Assembly: GCF_031769215.1 (NCBI RefSeq)
Contig: NW_026782019.1
Coordinates: 992,001 to 1,056,000 of the forward strand
DNA length: 64,000 nucleotides
Reading direction: 5' to 3'
From: Ylistrum balloti
Taxonomy: Eukaryota
Both the position numbers and the translations under genes were made by a program. Of the stretch, positions 13,201 through 24,931 are shown in pieces. The first letter of the stretch is position 1. The number at the start of each line of letters is the position of its first letter. The notes under the pieces are model-generated. The model had not been told where the DNA came from. It saw nothing but the letters and a program-made list of their open reading frames with translations, and searched no databases.

Positions 13201-16200
13201 TCTGTTTGATGTAGCACAGTCTGCTCAGGCTCCAGTTTGTGTTATTGGACTCACTTGTAGATTGGTAAGTACTAACATCACCAGTTCCACTATTGGACAA
13301 AAATGTTTTTGTATATCAGCCATTAGTTTGTTTGGTACGCTTCATGTAAATTTTCCACTTACAACAGAAATGATATCTTTACAGGATGTTGTTGAGCTGT
13401 TAGAGAAGAGAGTGAAGTCACGATTTTCACATCGACAGATTCATCTTTTTCACAACATCACATTGGGAGACTATACTAGTCTCTGCATCACATATCTCAG
13501 TCTCCCTGATGATTTCGCGGACAGGAAATTTGTGACAGCTTGGAACAAACATGTACAGGTAGCAACTCCAGTGTATCAGTACACCGTATTAAATTTTGAT
13601 AACTTTACACAAGTAAAGTCTTAAATGATACAAAAATTGAAATATAACTAAAAGGCTTATTGTAAGAGTCTAGAACACTAGGAGCAATAGAATAACACAT
13701 CCAGTTAACAATTTTCCTGGAATATCAAGTCATTGTAGCCGCAAGGTCTTATGAGAGTTAATTATCTGTGTGCAAATCATCAAGTTTTTAGGGATAAATA
13801 GGATGTTTTAGGAATAAATAAGATGTTTTAGGGATTAATAGGATGTTTTAGGGATTAATAGGATGTTTTAAGGATAAATAGGATGTTTTAGGGATTAATA
13901 GGATGTGTTAAGGATTAATAGGGATTAATAAGATGTTTTAAGGATAAATAGGATGTTTTAGGGATAAATAGGATGTTTTAAGGATAAATAGGATGTTTTA
14001 GGGATTAATAGGATGATTTAGATTAATAGGATGTTTTAGGGATAAATAGGATGTTTTAAGGATTAATAGGATGTTTTAGGGATTAATAGGATGTTTTAAG
14101 GATAAATAGGATGTTTTAGGGATTAATAGGATGTTTTAAGGATTAATAGGATGTTTTAGGGATTAATAGGATGTTTTAAGGATAAATAGGATGTTTTAAG
14201 GATAAATAGGATGTTTTAGGGATTAATAGGATGTTTTAGGGATAAATAGGATGTTTTAGGATTAATAGGATGTTTTAAGGATAAATAGGATGTTTTAGGG
14301 ATAAATAGGATGTTTTAGAGATTAATAGGATGTGTTAAGGATAAATAGGATGTTTTAGGGATTAATAGGATGTTTTAAGGATAAATAGGATGTTTTAGGG
14401 ATTAATAGGATGTTTTAGAGATTAATAGGCTGTGTTAAGGATAAATAGGATGTTTTAGGGATTAATAGGATGTTTTAAGGATAAATAGGATTTAGGGATA
14501 AATAGGATGTTTTAAGGATAAATAGGATGTTTTAAGGATAAATAGGATGTTTTAGGGATTAATAGGATGTTTTAAGGATAAATAGGATGTTTTAGGGATT
14601 AATAGGATGTTTTAGGGATAATAGGATGTTTTAGGGATTAATAGGATGTTTTAGGGATAAATAGGATGTTTTAAGGATAAATAGGGAGAAGGATTTTATA
14701 GATTTTGTAACTTATACTTGAAAATCTTTTTGCCAATGTCTTCTGAAACAAGATAGCTATTACAATATTAAGATACCCCACTTCCTTGAACCACCATTAC
14801 TTGAATACATCCAGTTTGTTACATTGATTGTTTGGTCCTGATAGAATGAAAAATGTGTTACGGTACCAAATATGATGAAAACTTTGTTAAATGTTTCTTG
14901 CAATATAGAAATCGTAAAGTTGATTATGAAGACGGTAATTTTATTACAGTGGTGTCTGAGGCCACGGCGCCAGTAAAATGATAAACGTGTTACATTTCAT
15001 AAGTTGAGACTAGAGTTGAGATATTCTTGCTCGGGCAAAAGCCTGAGCAAGGGGGGTCCTGCCAGTGGAGACTAGCCTCTCTCCAGTCTGGCAGTCAGGA
15101 ACCGATACAAACTGGCTAGAAAAGTGGTCGTATTTATACTAGTCATGTTAATAAACTGATTAAGTACTATTACACATTAGGATTGAGTAATATTTGAGTT
15201 ATGGACATGGTCTTACACACATAAATCGCAATAGGTAAGGTTACACTGACCTTCATACAAACTGCTTAGATAGGCTGCAGGTAATGACTTACATAATCAG
15301 GGAACAAATTAATACATGAAAATTTGTGGTAGATTAACAATGACAGAATGCCTCTGGCCACTGGTCAATATATAATTGTTCACAGTAGATGTCAGTACTA
15401 AATTAACAAAGGCAGATACATTATGATGAAATATCTGACTTACGTCTAGCACCATTTTGAATGATTTAATCTTACATGTTAACTTTTAATAGTTCACTGA
15501 CCATGTCCTTGTTATTGAACCTCAGATTCCCAAAACTATTATTCCTCAAATATCACTCATTCCTTAAACTCATTTTTATCTTCATCCCATAACTGTCAAT
15601 AGTAATTCTCCCTTTGTTCTTCAAACAGGTGTCACGTCCACCAAACTTTACCTGTGTAACACCAGACTGTGTGCTAGTTTTGCTACTATTTGCTACTATT
15701 TGCTACTTTTGCTACTATTTGCTACCATTTGCTGCCTAAGATGATTATTATATCAGGACATTTCATATTTTGTATTTAAATGGCTGTAGTGAAAAAATCA
15801 TCCGCTGTTCAAACAGAACTTTGTTAATTAGTGGAAAACGAAAATTACGAAACGGCACATATTTCACGGGAGGGTACGAGATGATGTAGCCAACATGATT
15901 CTCCGCATGCTTTTACTGATTTGTTTAACAGATCAGATTGATTTCATAAAACATTGAACAATAAGAAAATTGAGTCTACATTGCATAACCATCTGAAATT
16001 ATTTAGATTAGATAATACAAAAGTGTTCATTACTCTGTTTTTAGCATCATGCTTTCTGCATGTGACACTTTGCTATAAATGGCAAAATTTTACTTACTGC
16101 TCCTTGACAAAAATTAAAACTAAACTAAAATTACCTTGTCAAACAAAAAAGTACAATGACCATTAATTAGACTGACCAAAGAATAAAGTATTGAAAGTGT

Positions 16201-19200
16201 CATTCACAGACACAAATCATTCACAGATGACTGCTTTCTGAGGGTCTACTTGAATGCATCATATTCCTCGATCTGTTGACATGGTCCCAAGGAGATCAAC
16301 TTTAATGTTTTTTATGTTGTACTGTATTATAAAAACAGTAAGTGTATGAAATGTTTCTGTAGGAGCTGGCTTCTGACCAGACTGTTCAAGGTGTCCTTCG
16401 GCGTCAGTTTGAGTTCAACAAGGATGTTAGGACGCTACAGCAGTTACTGGTGAGTAGTAAGAAAGACAAGTAGGAGGTGTGCAGGGATTAATCTAGACTA
16501 GTGGTATGGTTTTCTCCTATCAATAAAAACAAATTTCCTATTAAGAGAATATATCACATGACATGGAAAAATTCCCCAAAATAGGAGAAATTTTCTTCTA
16601 AACAGAGAGCTTATTATTAAGCTTTACTTAACAATTTTTTAAATCATACCATCATGAAAAACAGATATGGATTTAACCTCAACATTGTCATATTTTGTTC
16701 ATGTAATCTTCATGTATTTGATATATTTTTACCCTTTCCCACTTGAATTGGACAAAAGGGCTGTCAAAATTTTTCCCCATTTTTGAAAATCTGCCAAAAA
16801 TTTCCTCTTTTTTTTCACAAGGGACAGTATTCCCTAAATTGTACCTTAATCCTTAGAGTGTGAAGAATCTGGCTGAAGGAAAGTTTTCTTGGTGAATTCT
16901 TGGGGTTTTTGTTGTCCATGAATTATTGAAACTTTTTAAAGAAGGTTTTTAAATGAATGACTTCACACAAATATCAAATCATCTCAGAAAATATCCTATC
17001 AGTAGGCCTATCATATATTTTACTAGCTTTGCTGAAACTGATTTCTACTAGTATGTCTATAATCTGAGGGTATGTGATGTGACAACTGTTTCAGATGTCT
17101 AGTGTGCATTATATGTGAGTGAGACACATCCATTCCTTGTCCCTGATTACAGATATACCCTGTGTGTTGTGTGAGTGAGACACATCCATTCCTTGTCCCT
17201 TATTACAGATATACCCTGTGTGTTGTGTGAGTGAGACACATCCATTCCTTGTCCCTGATTACGGATATACCCTGTGTGTTGTGTGAGACACATCCATTCC
17301 TTGTCCCTGATTACAGATATACCATGTGTGTTGTGTGTGAGACATCCATTCCTTGTCCCTGATTACAGATATACCCTGTGTGTTGTGTGAGACACATCCA
17401 TTCCTTGTCCCTGATTACAGATATACCATGTGTGTTGTGTGTGAGACATCCATTCCTTGTCCCTGATTACAGATATACCATGTGTGTTGTGTGTGAGACA
17501 TCCATTCCTTGTCCCTGATTACAGATATACCCTGTGTGTTGTGTGAGACACATCCATTCCTTGTCCCTGATTACAGATATACCATGTGTGTTGTGTGTGA
17601 GACATCCATTCCTTGTCCCTGATTACAGATATACCCTGTGTGTTGTGTGAGACACATCCATTCCTTGTCCCTGATTACAGATATACCATGTGTGTTGTGT
17701 GTGAGACACATCCATTCCTTGTCCCAGATTACAGATATACAATATACTCAGTGTGTTGTTTGAAACTAATCCATTCCTTGCTCTGATTACAGATGTACCC
17801 AGTGTGTTGTGTGAGTGAGACACATCCATTCCTTGTTCCTGCTGACTTTGTTGATGGTATGAAGATGCAGACTATGGACACCAAGTCTGCTATGCTACAT
17901 GGTAAGTTATCTTCTTAATGTTTTTCATTGAGATGTATGATGTTCATTACAAATGTGAATTCCATAGGTTCTCATTATTCCAAGGTGTACCTATTTAGAC
18001 TGAGAGGAAAAATAAAATGGCTGACAGATGATTGTCTTAAATTTGATGGAATCAAACACACATTAACATTGAGCCATTAGGAAAACTTACTGACCCATTC
18101 ATGCACTTTGTTAGTTATATTGACTCAATAAGACTCACTGCAGTATTGATTCGAGCCGAAACATTGGCCCATTCAGATACCTTGTAACTTGTGAAATAAT
18201 TATGACTTTTTATTCTTTTTCTGTAGGTGTTTCAATCCTGGAACTCTGCCTTATCATTGCCATGAAGCACCTGACAGAAATCTATGATGGGGAGCCATTT
18301 AATTTTGAAATGGTTTATAGTGGTAGGTATACATTAGACATACTGGGACACACCACAAGTCTGTTCTGTTAATAGCTTTCCTTTGGAATTTCTCCATTTC
18401 GTATCTTGAATGATATTTCGGATATAATTTGATGCCCACTTTAATTGAAGTGTACACCATTAGATAATGGCTCTTTGTTCCTGATGGTGATACAATGGAT
18501 TTCAGTATTTATCTGCGTTACTAATATATAGGATCATAAATTAAGATACTTTTTTTTCTTTTTTTTTCTCGGTGAGATATCAGGGATCATCACTGTAGTG
18601 ATGACATGAGAAGTCTTACATTGTCACTCATGATGTTATAACTTTTCAGTAATGATATAGCTTTTTTAGTTTTGAGGAATCAAAGCAGTGCCCTCTATTT
18701 ACTGTATTGAAATTTGCCGATTTTCCTGTTCGGATGCAAATGAAGTGAAGGTTGAATAAGTTGGTTTTTCATCTAATCTATCCTGAATATATTTTGAGTT
18801 TTATCTATTCTGGTATAAAATAAAGTTTTGTAATCAATTCTTATCAGATAAAGGTATAAAATGGTAAAATACTACGTAAAACAGCCATTCTAAATGTTGT
18901 CATCGTGTTATCAAATGTTACGTCAAACTATCTGATGTCAGCTTTGAACATTGGTTTATTTTATGTTTGTACACTCAATATAGAAGTAACTGTGGCTGTC
19001 ACTCATATACTAGAGAACTCGGTACTCCGCATGGAAGTAACTGTGGCTGTCACTCATATACTAGAGAACTCTGTACTAGGTATGGAAGTAACTGTGTCTG
19101 TCACTCATATACTAGAGAATTCCGTACTCGGTATGGAAGTAACTGTGGCTGTCACTCATATACTGGAGAACTCGGTACTCAGTATGGAAGTAACTGTGGC

Positions 19201-22200
19201 TGTCACTCATATACTGGAGAACTCGGTACTCAGTATGGAAGTAACTGTGGCTGTCACTCATATACTAGAGAACTTGGTATGGAAGTAACTGTGGCTGTCA
19301 TTCATATACTAGAGAACTCGGTACACAGTATGGAAGTAACTGTGGCTGTCACTCATATACTAGAGAACTCTGTACTCAGTATGGAAGTAACTTTGGTCGT
19401 CACTCATATACTAGAGAACTCGGTACTCGGTATTGAAGTAACTGTGGCTGTCACTCATATACTAGGGAACTCGGTACTCCGCATGGAAGTAACTGTGGCT
19501 GTCACTCATATACTAGAGAACTCGGTACTAGGTATGGAAGTAACTGTGGCTGTCATTCATATACTACAGAACTCGGTATTCAGTATGGAAGTAACTGTGG
19601 CTGTCACTCATATACTACAGAACTCTGTACTAGGTATGGAAGTAACTGTGTCTGTCACTCATATACTAGAGAACTCCATACTCGGTATGGAAGTAACTGT
19701 GGCTGTCACTCATATACTGGAGAACTCGGTACTCAGTATGGGAGTAACTGTGGCTGTCACTCATATACTGGAGAACTCGGTACTCAGTATGGAAGTAACT
19801 GTGGCTGTCACTCATATACTAGAGAACTCTGTACTCAGTATGGAAGTAACTGTGGCTGTCACTCATATACTACAGAACTCGGTACTCAGTATGGAAGTAA
19901 CTGTGGCTGTCACTCATATACTAGAGAACTCGGTACTCGGTAAGGAAGTAACTGTGGCTGTCACTTATATACTAGAGAACTGGATACTCAGTATGGAAGT
20001 AACTGTGGCGGTCTCTCATATACTAGAGAACTCCGTACTTGGTATGGAAGTAACTGTGGCGGTCACTCATATACTAGAGAACTCGGTACTCGGTATGGAA
20101 GTAACTGTAGCACAGATTGGATTTTGACAGTAATAGTTTGTTATCACTATTTCTTGAGCAGTACTCAATGGATCTATTTCAAATTTTGTATGTAGGATCC
20201 CTAGTTGTACATTGTCGAATTTTAGAACGATCTGATAAACTGCAGGCAGTCATCTTCTATTTTGACAATAATGGATTGTTATCGCTATTTCTTGGGAAGA
20301 ATAAGATGAATCATTCTCGAATTCCATATGTAACTTCCCCTTGGTTTCTATTTGTGCATTATGGCATTTTGGTATTGATTAAAAAAACAAAGTCTCAGAC
20401 AGGTGGCCATCTTAGATTTTTACTATGAAAGTTTGTTTTCACTCTCTCTTGAGAAGAACTAGTATTTTCTAAGAGGAATTTTCAGTGCTGCCCAAAATCT
20501 TCACTTCAACAGGTAGACATCCTTGAGGCAACCATTAAAAGACTTCCATGTGATATCACGTAGATATGGCAATAGTTTAATAAAGGATATAACAATCAAT
20601 TAATTCTTGATCCTCTGTCATTAATTCCTGATCCTCTGTCAAATTATGGGTAAGGTCTTCTATGCTATTTAATAATTTATCCATCATCATTGCCTGTCAT
20701 GTCACTTCTCACTAATACCATAACGTAACAACTGTGGCAAGTACAGTGTCATCACAATGACATACTATCAAATTAAGGTCTCTAAACAATGATACCAACA
20801 GTAATGAAAATGAAATAATAAACTTACTCTCAGAGACACAAATCTGGAAATATGATTTACAACCAGGTGTTAAATATTATAATCTTTCATTTAAATTCTC
20901 AAATTTCTTTTTATTAACTGCTTGAATAATAATCTTAATGCATATATTTAGTGGTATTTTCTCGTTTATGGAGATGTGTATAAACATTTCGTATTTAGGA
21001 AAATATACGTAGCAGTCATATTGATTTTACTGTGACTTGCATTTGAAAAATTTGCGTGAAAAAAAAAATGCAAACATTCACACAAATACATGTGAAAAGC
21101 TTTGTATTATAGTTATTTCATCGCTAGTTTAAATAATTTTAAGATATTTATTTGTAGCCAATAATTGATTATGGAGTCTGTGAATTGCATTCTTAATCAA
21201 TGAGTTTTGCCTAATAAATCCTTTTTGAAACATTCTTTTTATACAGAAAATACAAAAATACATGGGTACTGATCTCTTAAATCTGATTCTCATCCTTGGA
21301 TAATGTATATTTTATAACAATGTACTGTTTGTGATTTCCAAGCTCCAGTTTTTTCAGTTCTTAACTTAAAATAAAAAAGAAAACTGCCTTCACGTCTAGT
21401 CATGTTTATTTCTAGTACATTGCACTATATCACACGAAAGTAGTGTCACAACTAACTTTACTAAAACTTAGGATAGAGTGTCACTGAAAATATATGGCTA
21501 GATGTTGGCGACACTGAACAGACTGTCCCTCCAAGCAGATCTTTATTTCCTTCATATTATGTCACTTTACTTGTTTCTATAGTTATGATTCATAGTCATT
21601 CTTTGCTGTTAACTTTTGACCTTTAGTGAATTCATACCTGACCACAGTTTAAAGAGCAACAAGTTCACCTATCAATATTGGTTGCCATTGAAGGCATGCG
21701 TGTCTCACTAACAGATCTAATAATGCTAATTAAAAATGTGCTGCTTTAATAGTTTAAATACAAAAAAAAGTGTTTGATCAGTAAACACAAGTCATTGTTT
21801 TATAACTGCCTCTAATAGATCTATTGATCATAGCAGCTTCCTGACGAAAAAGTTCAACCTAGCTCAAAAAGTTACACATACAAATTCTCGGTTATTATAC
21901 CTAACACTGTATACCGGCACATTTATATACACTTCCAATATGCTATGTCACTTCCTTAGTTATAACTGTAAGTACACATAACCTCTGTGCATAAACCATT
22001 CCTGTTTAAAATTCTACGTTCAATTCACTGTTGCTGGTATGTACTTTTAAAGGTACACATTTGTCATTGCTCACGTATTGATTTCAGAATACAGAAAATT
22101 TGCCCAGAGGCGATCATCCATGCAAGTTTATGAAAAAGCTGTAGTGTTGAAGGTAATTATTGTTAGTGTATTCAAGTGGTGTTTTCACTGTTTAGATGTT

Positions 22201-22686
22201 GTACAAATTTATAGGTAGCCTTCGGGGAAATATCTAAATTTGGCGAAACTCTGCATAATGGATAGATAACTTATAGATAAAAAAGAGTAAATGTTTGGGT
22301 TGAAAACGTAACCAAGAATTAAGATATATGTATGAACGGTTTGTCAAATACATTTATTTCCAATTCCAACAACTTTGGTTTAATTTTGCGTTTTGCTCCA
22401 TCGTCATCATCAAGATCATCATCATCATCATCAAGATCGTCATCGAACATCTTTAGTTGGATTAAGTTAGCTCAATTCAGATTGTTTTTCTCCCATTTTT
22501 CAGGCATTTGAACACCTAATTGCTCTGGAGTTGGTGAAGACAATGGACGGAGCTGGATCTCGGGTACAGAAGGAGTATCGCCTGCTTTCACTGCTCGTTC
22601 ATCCGTCACAGATCTTGGATGCTCTGCAGAAATACCCAAACTGTCCTACAGAGGTCAAACAGTGGGCTCAGTCTTCAGTCATATAG
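10230..22686 (+). CDS. ORC4: origin recognition complex subunit 4 (AAA+ ATPase), 12 coding exons, 441 aa
   Basis: join(10230-10390,10904-10994,11546-11621,12484-12569,12848-12896,13116-13264,13385-13558,16363-16449,17793-17901,18227-18322,22088-22152,22504-22686) = 1326 nt, all GT-AG and phase-consistent. Motifs recognised from ORC4: [17 protein letters not shown] (Walker A), [54 protein letters not shown] (Walker B), [27 protein letters not shown], and the C-terminal [13 protein letters not shown]. Possible poly(A) signal AATAAA at 23792-23797. Confidence 0.97.
11083..11354. repeat. 46-bp minisatellite, 6 copies (intron between ORC4 coding exons 2 and 3)
   Basis: ggatatttat(t/c)(a/t)actctctatacctctctgtatctaagagacacat, starting at 11083, 11129, 11175, 11221, 11267 and 11313. 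Confidence 0.95.
13786..14685. repeat. 20-bp minisatellite, about 45 copies (ORC4 coding intron 7)
   Basis: Unit (g/a)ggat(t/a)aataggatgtttta. Confidence 0.95.
15675..15735. repeat. 10-bp tandem repeat tttgctacta, about 6 copies
   Basis: Direct reading. Confidence 0.85.
17095..17792 (+). repeat. 52-58-bp minisatellite derived from the ORC4 intron 8/exon 9 junction, about 13 copies
   Basis: Unit gattacag|atatacc(c/a)tgtgtgttgtgtg(agt)gagacacatccattccttgtccct. The copy at 17153-17200 matches exon 9 positions 17793-17840 at 45 of 48 nt. Confidence 0.95.
18981..20110. repeat. 51-bp minisatellite, about 22 copies (ORC4 coding intron 10)
   Basis: Unit atggaagtaactgtggctgtcactcatatactagagaactcggtactcagt. 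It produces the repetitive [17 protein letters not shown] ORFs in the track. Confidence 0.95.
20120..20425 (-). repeat. about two units of the dispersed ~150-bp satellite-like family also found at 45640-47330, in reverse orientation
   Basis: gttatcgctatttcttg and ggtggccatcttagatttt are reverse complements of caagaaatagcgataac and aaaatccaagatggcc in the 45.6-47.3 kb array. Confidence 0.7.
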
Positions 22687-24329
22687 CTAAGTGCGTGTAA
22701 CTATTTTTGGTTTCATACTTGAGACCTTCTCAGTCATTTACCAAGAAAATATGGCAGAAAAGTGATCTTTTCAAGTTGCACACCAAAGGGCAAATGACAT
22801 GGCAAGCAGGCTTGTAATCCAAGAGACCTGATGGTCAAGGAACTCTGTAAAGTTCATCTGACTAAATGTTGGTGACAGTGAATTCTAGCAACATACTAAG
22901 AATGTGATTGACAGTAAAGGCCCCTGTCAAAAACATGCTGTTTTGTTGAATTGTCACACCTAAGGGCAGATGTGCAGGTATTCTGCAAAAACATTCACTT
23001 TTGTTTGAAGTTTATTTTTTGTTGGGTTTGCCAGTTCTCTGAAACTACAGATTAATTAGTCCATGAAACTGTTTCCTATTGAAATGTTACATTAATTTTC
23101 AGTATTATCAAATTTCATGGGAACCACATAACCAAGTCCCAACCAAAAAGCATTTCTAAAAAACCAAGAAATTGGAGCTACACAAATATTGTAATAGGGA
23201 AAAAATATGACGTCACATGAGATAATATGTCATGTAATGCTGATTATTATTGTGTTGTCATGTATTATTGACCAGATAGGAGATTCATGACCTTGATCTG
23301 ATGAACTCTTGAGTTGAAGCTGAAGAGAATGATGTTGATTGTTTTGACAGTTCAATTACTCTACTCAATATGTCGAAATTGAACAGCAAATACAACTGTT
23401 ATATTGTTGTTTGGCTATGAGTCAGAACACAAGAATCTCTTGTTTAAGAATGAAGTTGATACTTCAGAATTAAAGATGTTAATAATTGAACACAATCTCT
23501 GTCTTTGATTTATTTTTAATTCATCATTATGATATGGCAAGTTGCTTGAATTTCCTTTGATCCATTGTCTGTTGCCCATCATTCTTAAACAATCTTTGGT
23601 ATTATTGTCCAGAAGGCAGCAAAAGATCTTTCTGACAATTCATAATTTTTATACCTGGTCTGTAGTTGTGCATTTCATGATGATGTCTAAACCAAAACCA
23701 AGATGGTGGACACGTAGCCATCTTTGTTTTGAGATTTTGAATTGATAATGTTATTTCTCATGAAGCATGGCAGTGATTATTATGTATTTTTAATAAAACA
23801 CAAACTCTCCATAGTCCTTACATAATTTTACTGGTAATAAATAACAAGTCAATGTCATGTAACATTATTAATAATTCTTAAGAATGGTTGATGATGCAGA
23901 GGCGAGACCTCCAATAGTAAGTGCTCCATACTTAAACAAGTTCATACAAATGTTCAAGATGGCCGCCATCTTCCAAATTCAATCACCTTATTGCTTCTTT
24001 TTAACAAAAGTCACTAATGAAGCTCTTGTGTGTAATGTATATTCCACAGATTCAATTATTGATATTGATAATTTGAAAATTTTCATAATTTTCTAATAGT
24101 TAAGAAAGAGGGTGGATTGCTCAAAATGAAGTACACTCATATGATCAAAATGTGACGTTGATTGGCTTTCCTGGATAAAAGTGTCAAATGATCAAAGAAT
24201 TACTTAATCTGAATCACCAAGAAACCAAGGTTCATTGTTATTTGTTAGTAACATGCTGATTGGAGAGATATAAAGTCTGGTCAATTTCAGGGTCAAGGGG
24301 TCAAATATATTTAAAATACTGCACCATTC

Positions 24330-24800
24330 GCTGCACCAACAACAGGTGTGGGATTAATGCAATTACAGCAACCACCCCTAGAATCGCATCATTATACTGT
24401 GCCACCCATTGGATTCGCACCATTACATAGCACCACCTGTCCGAGTTGCACTATTACACTGCACCACCCATCAGAGTCATACTTTTACACTACATCACCT
24501 GTGGGAGTCTCTCCAACAACCTATGGGAGTCGCACCATTATTCTGCACTCGTGGGAGTCACGTCATTACATTGCACCACCTTTGAGAGCCACACCATTAC
24601 CCTGCACCACCCATGGGAGTTACACCTTTACACTGTACCACCACTTGGAGTAACACATTCCACTGCACCATTACTGGGAATTGCACCATTACACTGCACC
24701 AACCTTGGGAGTCCCATCATTACACTTCACCACCTTTGGGAGACACGTACCTCTTGAGATTCGCACCATGACAGCCCATCACGTGTAGTCCGACACCACT
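24330..24800. repeat. degenerate ~30-bp tandem repeat
   Basis: Recurring gggagt(c)gcaccattacactgcaccacc variants. Confidence 0.75.
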
Positions 24801-24931
24801 CCCGATATCAAGGGAGGTCAGAAGTCACACTTCACTGTTTCCTTAGGCGATCCTTTTACAATAGACTGTTGAATTCAGGTATTCACAGGCTATAACCTAT
24901 TCTCAGAAGCATATACAAAGAACAATACATG

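Noticed and set aside
13139-13624. Track ORF of 161 aa as a single coding unit
   Set aside because: It is ORC4 exons 6 and 7 read through a 120-nt intron and into the next intron.
18905-20127. 386-aa and 127-aa repetitive ORFs ([17 protein letters not shown])n
   Set aside because: Products of a stop-free 51-bp minisatellite inside an ORC4 intron, with no evidence of a promoter or splice context.
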